Assembly (NCBI RefSeq): GCF_001194135.2
Contig: NC_068988.1
Location: forward strand, 11,040,140 to 11,092,198
From: Octopus bimaculoides
Lineage: Eukaryota
Length of the DNA: 52,059 nt
Direction: 5' to 3'
The position numbers were made by a program, and so were the translations under genes. The notes under the pieces are model-generated. The model ran no database searches, was not told the origin of the DNA, and saw only the letters and a program-made list of their open reading frames with translations. Shown piece after piece: positions 1-12,860 of the stretch. Each line of letters begins with the position of its first letter. Positions within the stretch are counted from its first letter, which is position 1.

Positions 1-61
<61 letters not shown>

Positions 62-493
62 TATATATATGTTACAGATATATACGTTATTTTTTCATCT
101 TCTCAACCCAAATAAAATGTGCAATAGGAAATATAGATCATATACGAATCATCATATATTTTTCTGTTATTTTCGATTATATCGATGTGCTGGTGAGTTT
201 CTCTTTTTTTTTTTTTGGCTTTTCTTTGGGGATGTGTGGATTGTTTTTATTTCATTTCATTTACCATTTTTGTTACGATAATCGGTATTCTTTTGTTCTG
301 CTTATTTGTTTGATACTAAGATTCATTGTTAAACACTCGTACGTATATTTCTATTTATGCGTGTGTTTGTGCTATGTCTCTGTGCGTTTCAGAGTATCTT
401 TGCATCTATTCATATGTATTATGCATGTATGAATGTATGTATATATGCCTTTATGTATGTATGCATGTATGTATACATACTTATATAATATAT

Positions 494-536
<43 letters not shown>

Positions 537-922
537 NNNNNNNNNNNNNNNNNNNNNNNNNNNNNNNNNNNNNNNNNNNNNNNNNNNNNNNNNNNNNNNN
601 NNNNNNNNNNNNNNNNNNNNNNNNNNNNNNNNNNNNNNNNNNNNNNNNNNNNNNNNNNNNNNNNNNNNNNNNNNNNNNNNNNNNNNNNNNNNNNNNNNNN
701 NNNNNNNNNNNNNNNNNNNNNNNNNNNNNNNNNNNNNNNNNNNNNNNNNNNNNNNNNNNNNNNNNNNNNNNNNNNNNNNNNNNNNNNNNNNNNNNNNNNN
801 NNNNNNNNNNNNNNNNNNNNNNNNNNNNNNNNNNNNNNNNNNNNNNNNNNNNNNNNNNNNNNNNNNNNNNNNNNNNNNNNNNNNNNNNNNNNNNNNNNNN
901 NNNNNNNNNNNNNNNNNNNNNN

Positions 923-977
<55 letters not shown>

Positions 978-1805
978 TATATGCGTATGAATATACATTC
1001 GTATGTGTGCATCATCACGTACAATGCCTTGCACACAATCACGAATCAAAGTGTGTTTGTTTGCTTCTCTGTGTGTGTCTGTGTGTCTGTTTGTTTACTC
1101 TTGTGTGAGCGTTGATGTAGTAATGCACAGGCATATACATATACCTACACATAAATACACGCTTACATGCAGACACAATCATACGCGTACACACACGTAC
1201 TCCTACATACACACAGACACACACACACACACACACAGATACACACACACGTACATGTATGTACGCGTGTACATTCATGCGTGAGTTTATTAGCAACAGA
1301 CGATTTCATGTTCGAAAATCAAGCTACAACTATATTATCATCATATCTTATTATCGCATTATTATTTCTCTATGTGTCATGTTTTCGTTTACGTGATTTT
1401 ATAAACATAATTCTTTTGAGTATATGTTTGTATACACTGCATTTCACTGCAAATAAATATTTGCTTATGGATGTCTTTCTACAATTTGTCTTTAATCGTT
1501 ACGAATCACATAGGTTTACTCTCGTTAATAACACTTAAAGTATTGAAGGAAGTCGATTGTTCTCTTTTCCGTTATTGCTGTCCATATTTTCCAACGTATT
1601 TTACCAAATTAGAAAATATTTTATTTGTTATTTCCTTTGAAATGTTTCTGCACATTATCGATGAAATACTTAGAAATCATTTACAAAGAAGACAGTACTC
1701 AGTGGATGGATGTATGTGTGTATATTTACATACTCACTCACACACATATATATATGTATGTACATATATATGCCTATGTGAGTTTGTATTATGTATATGC
1801 TTTCT

Positions 1806-1849
<44 letters not shown>

Positions 1850-1859
1850 NNNNNNNNNN

Positions 1860-1906
<47 letters not shown>

Positions 1907-2029
1907 GCTATCTATATGTATACATATATGCTATCTATATGTATACATATATATATATATATGCATATATATACATACATATGTGTATAATACATATATA
2001 TACATATATATGCATATATACATATATTC

Positions 2030-2079
<50 letters not shown>

Positions 2080-2363
2080 GTGTAATTTTATGTATATGTG
2101 CATGTGTATATATGCATACATGTACGTATAAGTGTGTGTATCTGTGTGTGTATGAGTGAGTGTGCTTGTATGTGCATGTGTGCATGCTTGTGTGTGTGTG
2201 TGTGTATGGGTGTGTGTGTTTGCAGAATGTATGACGATTGAACTTGAAATGCCAATGAAACATTTTTAATATTTGTACGAATCGACAGAAACGGGAAAGC
2301 GAAATTGCTGATGGAAAGAACAACGGGACCACGGCAATTTCACACTATTGTTTCTGTCACTGG

Positions 2364-2404
<41 letters not shown>

Positions 2405-2596
2405 TCTCTCTATCTATCTCTCTCTCTCATTTCGTACACATCTATACTATATGACTATCTAACTTTTTAACTTTCTCTCTCTCTCCCCCTCTCTCTCTTT
2501 CTCTCTCTCTGTATATATATNNNNNNNNNNNNNNNNNNNNNNNNNNNNNNNNNNNNNNNNNNNNNNNNNNNNNNNNNATATATATATATATATATA
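1..2596. repeat. Compound microsatellite field: (AC)n, (AT)n, (TG)n, (TC)n, with N-gaps at 537-922, 1850-1859 and 2521-2577
   Basis: Dinucleotide tracts are visible directly. The long ORFs here translate as IYIY/THTH/CVCV runs and X runs. Confidence 0.95.
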
Positions 2597-2790
2597 GGTA
2601 GCTAGCTATGTGATACACGAACCTTTGTCCTTTATAACCTTCGAACAGGGGAGGTCAGCCACTCCCCCTTGCTGTTCTGGCATCTACAGACTAGTTTCAG
2701 GGTATTTGGAAACTATAATCTGTTGGAAGGATTACTTACCTAAATTCAGTGGAATACATCCATTTGTAATAAAGTGTCTTAAATATAAAT

Positions 2791-3270
2791 CGTCTTGAAT
2801 GGCATGACAATGGATTATAATAGCTGTTAGGATTTAATCATCTATAGTCTGATATAATATTTTGGAATATAAAAGTTCCTTCTTCATCGGATATCACTAG
2901 GAATTGATCGACTGGCTGCTATAATCGGTTTTCCAAAGGTTTACTTTTTTCTTCCGGAAGCGTATCTGCAGTGGTCTCACGAAGCCCCTTCCGGAATTCC
3001 TCATGAGCAGTGCAAGAGGTCGGCCGTACTTGAAATTCGTGAGTGCTGGCACATCCGTAGCGCTGCTTCTAAGTTATGTTTTATATGTGGAGCTACTTTT
3101 TTTTTTTCGGAAATTAAAAAACCGTTGCAAAACCGATTATAGCAGTGACTTGATCATTCCCTAGGACCTAGGAATATCTGAAGAAGGAATGTTTGTATTC
3201 CCAAATAATATATCAGACTATGGATGATTAAATTATACCAGTTATTATTGTACCAATTCCCAAAACGTCT
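2791..3270. repeat. Long imperfect inverted repeat (foldback or MITE-like); arms about 2791-2960 and 3106-3270, spacer about 145 bp
   Basis: The reverse complement of 2817-2885 matches 3180-3248 at 59/69 positions without gaps. Similarity continues inward (AAAACCGATTATAGCAG in both arms) and more weakly outward. Confidence 0.85.
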
Positions 3271-3344
3271 CCAGTGCATTAACTTATGAAAAACAAATAT
3301 ATTTGACTATGCTGGATTATTTTTTTCGAATATGTTGTTGAAAT

Positions 3345-3534
3345 AATAGTTAAAATTTTGTCACATGGCCAGCAATATCGGGGGAATGGGTAAGTCGATG
3401 TTATTGACCCAAGTGCTGAGTTGGTACTGTTTTTTATCGGCCTAAATCGACATCGGCAGAATTTGAGCTCAGAACGCGATGACAGACGAAATGCCGTTAG
3501 ACATTTTTCATTGGCGTGCTCACGATTCTTCTAG
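3345..3534 (-). mobile_element. SINE family A copy (tRNA-like head, central GGTCGACTTTGCCTTTCATCC-type domain), diverged
   Basis: Reverse complement aligns with the better-preserved copies at 4115-4352 and 28228-28450. Confidence 0.8.
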
Positions 3535-3729
3535 TTTTTAGCTTTTCAAACATTTAAATTACAAAGATAATAGTGTGTGTGTGTGTGTGTGTGTGTGTGT
3601 TTATGCGTGTGTATTAGTGCGTTTCTGTAAATTTACTTGAAAAATACAAACATTCAAAGACAATTGTGAGAATTTCAGTATTCTAATGTTAATGATCTGA
3701 AAATTCAATCATTATAATCTTGTAATAAG

Positions 3730-3890
3730 ACATGATTGTGTGCGTAAAAAGCTCACGTTTTAATCACATGGCTTCGGATTCAGTCCCACTGTGCGGCACT
3801 TTGAGCAAGTTTCTTGAAGTAGAGCTCTGGAACTCTATGCCTTGTGAGTGATTGAATTTCGGAGACGGAAATTGTACGGAAATACGTCAT
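3730..3890 (+). mobile_element. SINE family B 5' part (tRNA-derived), ending in an (AC)n tract
   Basis: GATTCAGTCCCACTGTGCGGCACTTTGAGCAAGT...CCTTGTGAGTG is shared with the copy at 14140-14400. Confidence 0.7.
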
Positions 3891-4114
3891 ACACACATAC
3901 ATGCACACACACACACACACACACACACATACGCACACACCAAACTCGCACAAACACGCACATACACACACACACACACACACACATGTTTGTGTTTTTG
4001 TTACGTTGTCATGCAATACTACATAACGACGGGTATTGGATTGCTTACGTCAGGGTAACTTAATTCAAATGATATCCTCAGAATATCTGCCATGCTTAAT
4101 AACAATTACTAGAG

Positions 4115-4620
4115 GTTAGTCGGCGTGCTGGCGCAAACGTTTGCACGCCGAGCGAAATGCTTGGCGGTACTTCGTCTGTCTTTGCGTTCTGAGTTCAAAT
4201 TCAGCCGAGGTCGACTTTGCCTTTCATCCTTTCGAGGTCGATTAAATAAGTACCAGGTACGGACTGGGGTCGATGTAATTGACTTAATCCATTTGTCTGT
4301 CCGTGTTTGTCCCCTCTATGTTTAGCCCTTTGTGGGCAATTAGGAAATAAGAAACGTTAGCGCGCCGGGCGAAATGCTTAGCGGTACTTCGTCTGCCGCT
4401 ACGTTCTTAGTTCAAATACCGCCGGGGTCGATAAATTAAGTACCAGGTGCGTACTGGGGTCGATCTTATCGATTGCCCCATTCCCACTTTCCCGAAAATT
4501 GCGGGCCTTGTGCCTAGACTAGAAAAGAACAGAGAAGATGTCTTCGTTTAAATCGGTCAAAGTGGTGTTCCAGCATGACCACAGTCCAATGGCAAAAACA
4601 AGTAAAAGATAAAAGAAACA
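4115..4620 (+). mobile_element. Composite SINE: family A monomer with tail type 1 (4115-4352), second A monomer with tail type 2 (4353-4527), family B tail (about 4540-4620)
   Basis: The head GCGAAATGCTT(A/G)GCGGTACTTCGTCTG occurs twice. Tails are GCAATTAGGAAATAAGAA and GGCCTTGTGCCTAGACTAGAAAAGAA. GTGTTCCAGCATGACCACAGTC matches the family B tail. Confidence 0.85.
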
Positions 4621-5840
4621 GTTACTTATTGTTCTCTTGTAGATTTTCCGATAAACCTGAATTTGTTTTGTATTATGTTTTCTATACACATAAGGGTCGT
4701 GTCTATACATGTTCATAGATTACAGAATCTTGTGACAGTATGTATTTTGTAATGTTTAAAGTGTAGAATATCTGCGTTGAATTATTATTTATTGATAACG
4801 CAATAATTTCTAGTTGAATGCCATCTACAATTAACAAAGTATTCTCAACATGTCAATAGGAGTGAAACTACTCAATTCATTATGGCGTGCTACTCTGTGA
4901 CAACATTAACTTGATACTCCATCATTAACCTGTTGGCTCTCTAGTACACTTGTCTCCGACATTATTTCGCTAACATTATATATTTCTTTTTTTAAATTCA
5001 TTAAGGAGGAAAGACGATGCTTAATTCAAAAGTGAAATGTAAAAACAAAGCAGCGAAATATTCAGCACTACAACAATTACAACCCCGTACGAGTCGAAAT
5101 AAAATACATTGTAGGCTCTCTTGCATCAGCGCTAATTGACAATTCAATTCTCACTTCAGCATCCGAATACACATTGGAAGAAAAAAAGAAAATCTATCGA
5201 ATGCTGTAGCAGAAAGAGAAAGCAACAAATCAACAACAATTAAAAACAATATTAATGTTAAATGCATCAAATACATTGGTAATGAGAAATAAAATATACT
5301 CGTCTTTCAATTGAAATTAACTGTTCAAATTTAGAAAGCTCCATACTGTATTCTTTTTTCGCCAATTACTCGCGAAAAACAATTGGCTTTTAATGAATGG
5401 CGTAGATATATTTCCTTCCACAACACACATCTGAGAAACAGTAAATTATAGCAGTCATCAAAGCTGACGAGAATAAAGTCAGTGAACTTACTTATTTTCT
5501 GTAATTTTGATTTTGTTTACATGTTACGACTTATTGAAATCTGCGTAGACATATAATAATATATTTGACAAATTAACAGATAATATTATACAGTGAAAGA
5601 TTTAAGGTGCGGTAACAGTCATGTATCGTTGTGCAGCATTAATGATGTGACTACAAGATGTAAATGTATGAAGGGGAGAGATAGAGGAAGAGAAAAAAAA
5701 CTGAAGGAGCCTATGAATAAACAATACATCCTAATTTGTCGAACCTTCAACTGTCGTCCGCATGCATGTACGTCGTCTACGTAGCATTTACAGTTAAAAC
5801 ATATTTATTTTCTTTGTAAAAATTGCTGTGGTTTTGTGTT

Positions 5841-6250
5841 ATGTAGCTAGTGCCAACTATGTTCGAAGTTTAAATCTATATTTATTTATTTCCCGCAGTG
5901 GGCTAAACATAAAGGAGACAAACAAGGACAGACAAGGGGATTAAGTCGATTACATCGTCTCCAGTGCGTAACTGGTACTTATGTAGCTAGTGCCCATTCC
6001 GTTCGAAGTTTAAATCTATATTTCTTTATTTCTCACAGGGGGCTAAACATAAAGAGGAATACTAGGACAGACAAAAGGAGTGAGTCGATTTCATCGACCC
6101 AGTGCGTAACTGGTACTAATTTAATCGATACCTAAAGGACGAAAGGCAAAGTCGACCTCGACAGAATTTGAAGTCAGTATTTAACGGCAGATGAAGTGCC
6201 GCAAAGCAATTCGCCCGGCCTGCAAAAGATTCTGCCAGCTCGCCGCCTTT
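5841..6250 (-). mobile_element. SINE family A copy (about 6021-6250) whose 3' part plus flank is tandemly duplicated (140-bp period, 5841-5980 and 5981-6120)
   Basis: ATGTAGCTAGTGCC starts at both 5841 and 5981. The full head ends in GATTCTGCCAGCTCGCCGCCTT at about 6250. Confidence 0.9.
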
Positions 6251-8689
6251 CAAAGTTTTAATCTTTCCAAAGTTTGCTACAATTTTTCTCTTCCGACAAT
6301 GATAAACCGATGTATTATTCAATCATTAAGGTTAATTTATTAGACTGTTTCTTCTAAGAAACTATTTTTGGCTGTGTTAAGGTAAGGTTTTGATATTATA
6401 TTGTGGAGATTGATGTAATTAGTTTCATAAAGTCATTAAGATTTGTTGGAGGTTGTTAAATATCTTACTGTCCTGAATTGCATCATTTTACGTCCTAAGT
6501 TCGAATATTGCTGAAGTAGATCTGGCTTTTCATCGACCAAGAGCACATAAATCAATCTACGGTCGAGTACTGAGCTTTATGTACCGTAATTTTTGTTCCG
6601 TCACTATCTTATAGATTCATGTCCTCTGCTTGGTTTGGTAAACCTTATGCTGCTGCTAATTAATCTAGTGATATCGCACCCCACATTTCTTTATACCAAA
6701 TCAAAGTTTATATGAAGTGCAGTATTAAGTGAGCAGAATTATACAACGTCGGGTGAACTAATTCGTGGTATTTGTTTACGGACATTTATGTATTGTGCTT
6801 ATAGCTCCGTCATTCCTCCTATTTGTGTCCATAAAATAAAATATTATTCAAGTATTCTAATAGAATTAATTGTCAATAACATTGGCAAAAATTATTATTC
6901 GGCTGTGCCAATGGTAGACATCAATATGCCCTGTAGCCAACTACATCAAGATCGATATGTTCTAGTCGTCAATATATACTAATTAATAATGTGGTGATAT
7001 TCTTTATTTGAAGAACCTTAGGTTTGAAAATATTTAGAACTTTAAGTGTCTCAAAATATTGTTTAAAATATAATTGTACATACTTATTGTCATATAGACC
7101 CAAGGCACAAAGCCCCACACATAAAAAATGAAATTTGTACGTATACACCGAATAATGAGTAACAGGCGTCTAAAGATTCAATGTCGTTATGGCGTTAAGC
7201 AATTTTGGCCACGAAATAATTCTTCGAAACCCAAAATCTGTTCGACTTGAAGCTATACGAGGCTATAAAGTTTGATTTACGAGGCTATACGAAGTTATAA
7301 ATTTGATTTATATAAAATACAGCTGTTGTATCTATGCAGTTGTTGCCACTAAATATACGGACATAACAGATCACATCCAAAATGTCCTCAGCGGCTCAAA
7401 AGACATTGCTCAACGTCACAGTGTGATGCTTTGCTCATAGGATTTCTGCCTTCTCATTGTGCGTCAGCAGCCACTACTGTAGAGGATTCCTCTTATCAAA
7501 ACTGACTATACTTTCTCCAGTCATAGCCAACAGACGGAGCTGTATCTCCTCTCCTTTGTAACCTACATTGCGTACGCTTAACAGACCATATATTACATAA
7601 CGTTAATGGTAAATCCATTCCATGTTTCCTTCCACCGAATGTCCGTCTTCTGGAACTTATCTCAGCCCATATTTCCAACATCATACAGCTATTGAAGAGA
7701 AGATGAAATGTGCGATTATTACAGATATCAAATAAACAAACAGATACACATGATTTGTGTTTCTTCAGATCCTCAATCTAAAAGGTTTACACTCCTGAAA
7801 CTGTATATAAAATAAGATGTACGGGGCTTGCAGAGAACATCTTGTGAATCTCTATATTTCAAAGAGCTCTTTATTCGTATTAAGATGAAAGGAAGTTTTC
7901 AATCAGAATTTTAATCAGAGCGATGTTGCATTTTAGAATAGAACAAAACCATATATCTTCAGCGGTGCTTTATAGAACTTCACTGGAAGAAAAGCAAAGT
8001 TTTTTTTTTTTTTCACTGCCGTTTGTACTCAAAGTTTAAAGAGAGATAATGGTCGTTTTGTCTATTTTTCTGAGTTTGAAAACCTGCCACTTGTATATAT
8101 GCTTACGTATATAAAGTTCATCATGACCTCATGCCAATCGTTGGCCAACAGATAACGAAATAAACCTATTTAACTATTCATTTGGTTTCTTAACCTACCT
8201 CCTTGTTCCGTATAAAATATCATACCTAATAAAATATGAACATCCCGTTACTCTAGAATTTATAGTCATCAACGTCTGTAACTCCAAAACTGTGAAGATC
8301 TCTATACGTTCATTTTTTGTTGGTCGCATCCTCTGACATTTCGCGCATCGTAGAAAGAGAGCTTTGTTTATGACAAGCGTTCTTAAGAAAATGAAATGAG
8401 AAATAGAATTTTCCACTAAGTCGCTGGGCTTTCATTAGATGAATCCAAATGCATGAGCGGCAAAGTTACCAATCTAGGGTCTTACAAAACACAAATTATC
8501 GCGAAAATACCGTACGTGATTTTTTTTTTCTCATGCTCCAAAGTCATTGTTAACACACTAACTTTCATTTAAGAATATATGCCTTTAATATAAGACGAAT
8601 ACTTAGATATATGTACCAGCATATTCTGAAAACTAAGGAGTTCGATTGGAAATCGATATTCAATCTTTTGCAACTATATTATTGAGCAT

Positions 8690-8940
8690 GTCTTGTGTAG
8701 CATAGCTCTGCCTTGGCCTTTAGCCTGTGAGTGAAATTTCGTTGATAAGATTCTTACAAAGAGACATTGCACCTTTTCTTGCCGAATCGTAATCTTACCC
8801 CTGCTTTACAAACATTATCTTGGTTGACTTAGAGGAGTCCATAACTCAAGCCAGATCCATGCTTTGAAAATATTTTCCTTCTATCTTCTCACCAATCTCG
8901 TAAGTCCTGTAAGAAGTTCAGGGCTATTGCAATTTTTTCT
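8690..8940 (-). mobile_element. Possible highly decayed RTE-clade LINE 3' fragment
   Basis: Minus-strand translation contains GEKIEGK, similar to the GKIEGKR motif near the RTE ORF2 C-terminus. The rest is broken by stops. Confidence 0.3.
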
Positions 8941-10759
8941 TCTATTTTGATTAAACCACATAACAGTTGAAATGTATGAATATAAATCACGCAAATAAAC
9001 TTTTCGTTTCGGCATGACTTAAAACGGAAGATGAAATTTAATATGAAGAACTTTTCATTTTAGTTGGTACAAAAGTTTGACAGATTCAAATGAATGTCAG
9101 CATGAAGACAGTTAAAAAAAAAAAAATTAAATGATGAAAACGAGAATGTATTAATATTTACGTTGCTTCAGAATAGCAGTGCTTTCTAAGAATACAGATA
9201 TAATCTTTCCTTACCCTTTCTTTATATTCGACATATTAAATCATCTCTTCTATTTAATATAACCATAGCAACTCAATGACAAAATGGTTAAAAGCAGCAA
9301 AGTATATGAAGACGTTCACAATACTTCATCTTCCTTTTTCTGATGACAAATTCATTCAATTTCAAAACCATTTAATCCTTTAATCGATGTTGAAATCGTC
9401 TTCCAGACATGGCAATTCATAACTTTGCTATTATATACCATTTCGTTTCGTAACAAATGATTTAACCTTGTTACACAAAACAAGACCATTAATGTAGAAG
9501 ATCGTATCAAATTGTTATCATAAAATCTTAACTTATATCCTACATACTGTTGCAAAAGCATTAACATTCTAATCTGTCTGCGGCTATATTTAGTGTCTGA
9601 GAATAAAATCGAATTTCTAAATTTAATAATTCAAAATACTCTGCGACATAACTTGTGTGTTCTCATTCGAATGAGAAAAAAAATATTAAAATTACTTTGT
9701 TATATATGAATATTATTCCTTTTGATCAATATAATATATTTATAAGATAATGCATTACATTTAAGAGGGCTATGTTTCAGCTTCAAATCCTTGTATGCGA
9801 TCGTAGCTTGCTATGGTAGGGTCACATGTGGGAATACAGGCAATAGTGTGTCTGACATATACATGCGCACGGGATTTTATCCCTTTGTGCACTGGTTTGT
9901 TTGTGTGGGGGGAGTGTCTATGCTTGTGTGAGTGTCTGTGTGCGTGTGGCTGTGTGTGTGTGTCTGTGTGTGTGTGTGTGTGATTAAGTTGGTAAGAGAG
10001 GTCTAATCACCAATTCGCCTAAGCACGTAAAATTTACTTGTGTATTGAGGCCAACTCGGTGTGTACTATATGAGAAGCCACCCAATGACCGAGTAGTGTG
10101 CTTAAACTGGAAAGAAGATTAAGACTATAATATAAGAACAAGATTATTTCATCTATAGCCTTGTCTGCACAGTCTACACATAACAAATTCTTGTTCTAAC
10201 GCTTTAGTCGAGCCGAGACTAAATAAATTACATCTTTACCTAACATACCACAAATGTAAAACTGATGTAAGATTAAACTCAAATTGAAGTACATGTACCA
10301 TGAACTTCACAAGAAGATAGCTGTGCATACACCTAATCACCCACGAATCTATTCTTAATGAAAGCAACTGAAAATTTGCGTCAAAAGATGAAAATTTTGT
10401 ATTAAGCTGTCGTTTGGCTCTAGCCTCAATGTTACTTCATGAATGTCTTATTTGAATCGATTCATATAAGTTCCTGGAATACCAGGTCTATGGGGAAGGT
10501 TACGGGCTGATGAATATGAATATCAGTAATGTAATGTGCGTCAGAGGAATGTGCGGCATATTAACTACAGTATCAGTAGGTTTTCCTTTATAATTTCATT
10601 ACGCGAAAACTGAGAATGTACTGTATGTATATTCAGTGTGTCGAACACACCCCTCATATAATTAATAAGCCGTAAAATAATATGTTCTCGGTTCTCAGAA
10701 AAAATAAAATTAAATAAGATGTGTTACATTATCTTATTGATCCATAGGTAGTGATTCTA

Positions 10760-11200
10760 TCGAATTTCGAAATCTACCTCGTACCTATTTTATCAACACC
10801 TTGAGGAGTAACAGGAGTATATATCTTGTGAGTAAAAAGACGTAAGAGCAAACGATGCCTTGTGTTGGTAATTATCAATTCCTGGGTTCCTAGCTGGAAT
10901 TGTATAAAATGCCCTTTTAGCATTATTGAGCAAATCGTGTCCATTGTTCGGAACTATGCAGATGAATCTAAACATAACAATGAGTAATTCTGCCACTGAC
11001 TCTGCAGAAGTGCGTAGTTTGCGTAAACCATGGCAAGAAATCATCATCGTTTTATATTCAGGCGTAGTATTTCGTGCTGCCATCAATAAATGTGATTGTT
11101 TTGGAGTATTTGTGTGTCAGGGTACCCCTAGAGATCATTCGGTTTGCAATCTAAAGTTGCAGAAAGTGAGTAGACTACAGAGACTATAGAAGTGTGTTAA
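10760..11200 (-). pseudogene. Possible decayed pogo/Tc5-like DDE transposase fragment
   Basis: Frameshifted minus-strand pieces FLPWFTQ, SLLCLDS and FYTIPA appear in the order of the W-F...LLLDS...TIP motifs of pogo-type DDE domains. Weak and by eye only. Confidence 0.25.
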
Positions 11201-11390
11201 ATTCTGTTCTAGTGTACTATTTTGAGTTTCACTTTACAGCAATTCTATTTGATCTTACAACCATTTTATTTGGTAGTTGCCCTTATTATGCTTTTATAAT
11301 TATATCTATAAAACTATGCACTTTGTATTAATTTTTACCTTAATGGTTTTTACATGCTACATGGTTGATAAATTCCTATATCGATTTTAT

Positions 11391-11435
<45 letters not shown>

Positions 11436-11927
11436 TGGGGGTGGTTAATTGAATATTAATTTCAATCTAAAACCAGTGTTCTAGCATATAAAAATCTGAT
11501 AATTCAGAAAAATTGTATTACATGCGTAGAAGGGATGACCACCAGGTGGACATCCAAAATGCTAGAAAGAAGTCATCAACAACCCAACAACAGGGGAAAA
11601 TCATGTTCTCCAGAAAAAAAAATTCAGCAAAACATTTTTTGAATGAGATAAACATCTAAGGCTGTGAAAGATTGTAGAACATTTAGAGCTGTTTCCGGGT
11701 TATTTTATGTATCGCTTCATCGGTGACGGTGTGACAAAATGGTTAAGCAATAGTTATTGTATATAAGATTGAACTCCTCATTCGCATAATCACCGAACCT
11801 AGATATAAGTATTACTTATTATTCATTATTACTCTTTGTATTGAACTGCTGGTTTAGAGACACTTGCGGAGCAGAAAACATCACTGTTCAAAAAACTTTG
11901 CAGTCCCTCCTCCTTACATATAATGTA

Positions 11928-12170
11928 GAGGCGCGTTGCTAAGTCGTTCGGGTGTTGGAACTTAATCTTAAGATTATGGTTTTTATTTCCGGACCGGGCG
12001 ACGCATTGTGTTCTTGAGCAAAACACTTTATTTCATGTTGCTTTTGTCTACTTAGCTGGAAAAATGAGTAGTACTGCGATGGTCTGGGGTCCTGTTAAGG
12101 TGGGGAATATATATGCAATAGAAACGGAGAAACCGGTCTTATGAGTCTAAATGATTCGGGAATGAACTCG
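11928..12170 (+). mobile_element. SINE family C copy (tRNA-derived), diverged
   Basis: TTGTGTTCTTGAGCAAAACACTTTATTTCATGTTGC...CTTAGCTGGAAAAATGAGT matches the reverse complement of the copy at 22105-22420. Confidence 0.8.
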
Positions 12171-12764
12171 CATAATTCTTACTAATATTGGAGAGTATAT
12201 GTGCTCTGCGTTGTGCTAAACTGTTACAGCTTTGTCTGAGTCGAATATTTGTGCATATCACGCAGACCCACACTCACAGACATACATATATCTGCATGGG
12301 TAGCATTTACTAAATTTCAGTCTAGAGATTTTAGACGCGAGATACGAAGGAACACAATTAAAAGTAACAATACGTGGACTGGTTTTGAAACTGCCAATCT
12401 CTTTCTCAACAAATGAACATAATCACGTGGTTAATTTCAAGAGTCCAAAATGCTTTGGTGTCTCACATTTCAACTTTTATACAAACATGTTTTCATTTCT
12501 AATATAATCAAAGAAACATTTTTCTTTTTGTTTTTTCTTTGGTATCTTGAAACTTCCTCAACTAAATTATTCGGATTTTGAGCTGCCGCGAGGTAAATTT
12601 CAAGTGAGAAAAGAGAAATTGCTAGAATCTTCACAAGAGATGCATAATTCAGTCATATTTGCATTTGAAACATTTTACATATTAACTAATCATTAGTATT
12701 ACTTGCAGCCATAGATTGGCTAAAATGCAGCAAAATGACAGTTATGAATAAGCATTTATGCATA

Positions 12765-12809
<45 letters not shown>

Positions 12810-12820
12810 ACACACAAGCA

Positions 12821-12860
<40 letters not shown>

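Noticed and set aside
326-2159. Long ORFs of 120-260 aa in the ORF track
   Set aside because: They are translations of (AT)n, (AC)n and N-gaps. The same applies to ORFs at about 16.0-16.5, 27.4-28.0, 31.0-32.1, 40.0-40.6, 41.1-41.6 and 45.4-45.9 kb.
2736-2823. Minus-strand AG/GTAAGT donor with a short open frame upstream
   Set aside because: The acceptor is weak, the peptide is unrecognisable, it overlaps the inverted-repeat arm, and there are no partner exons.
10460-10600. SSWNTRSMGK resembling the WNVR start of a LINE endonuclease
   Set aside because: One short motif with stops on both sides is too weak to call.
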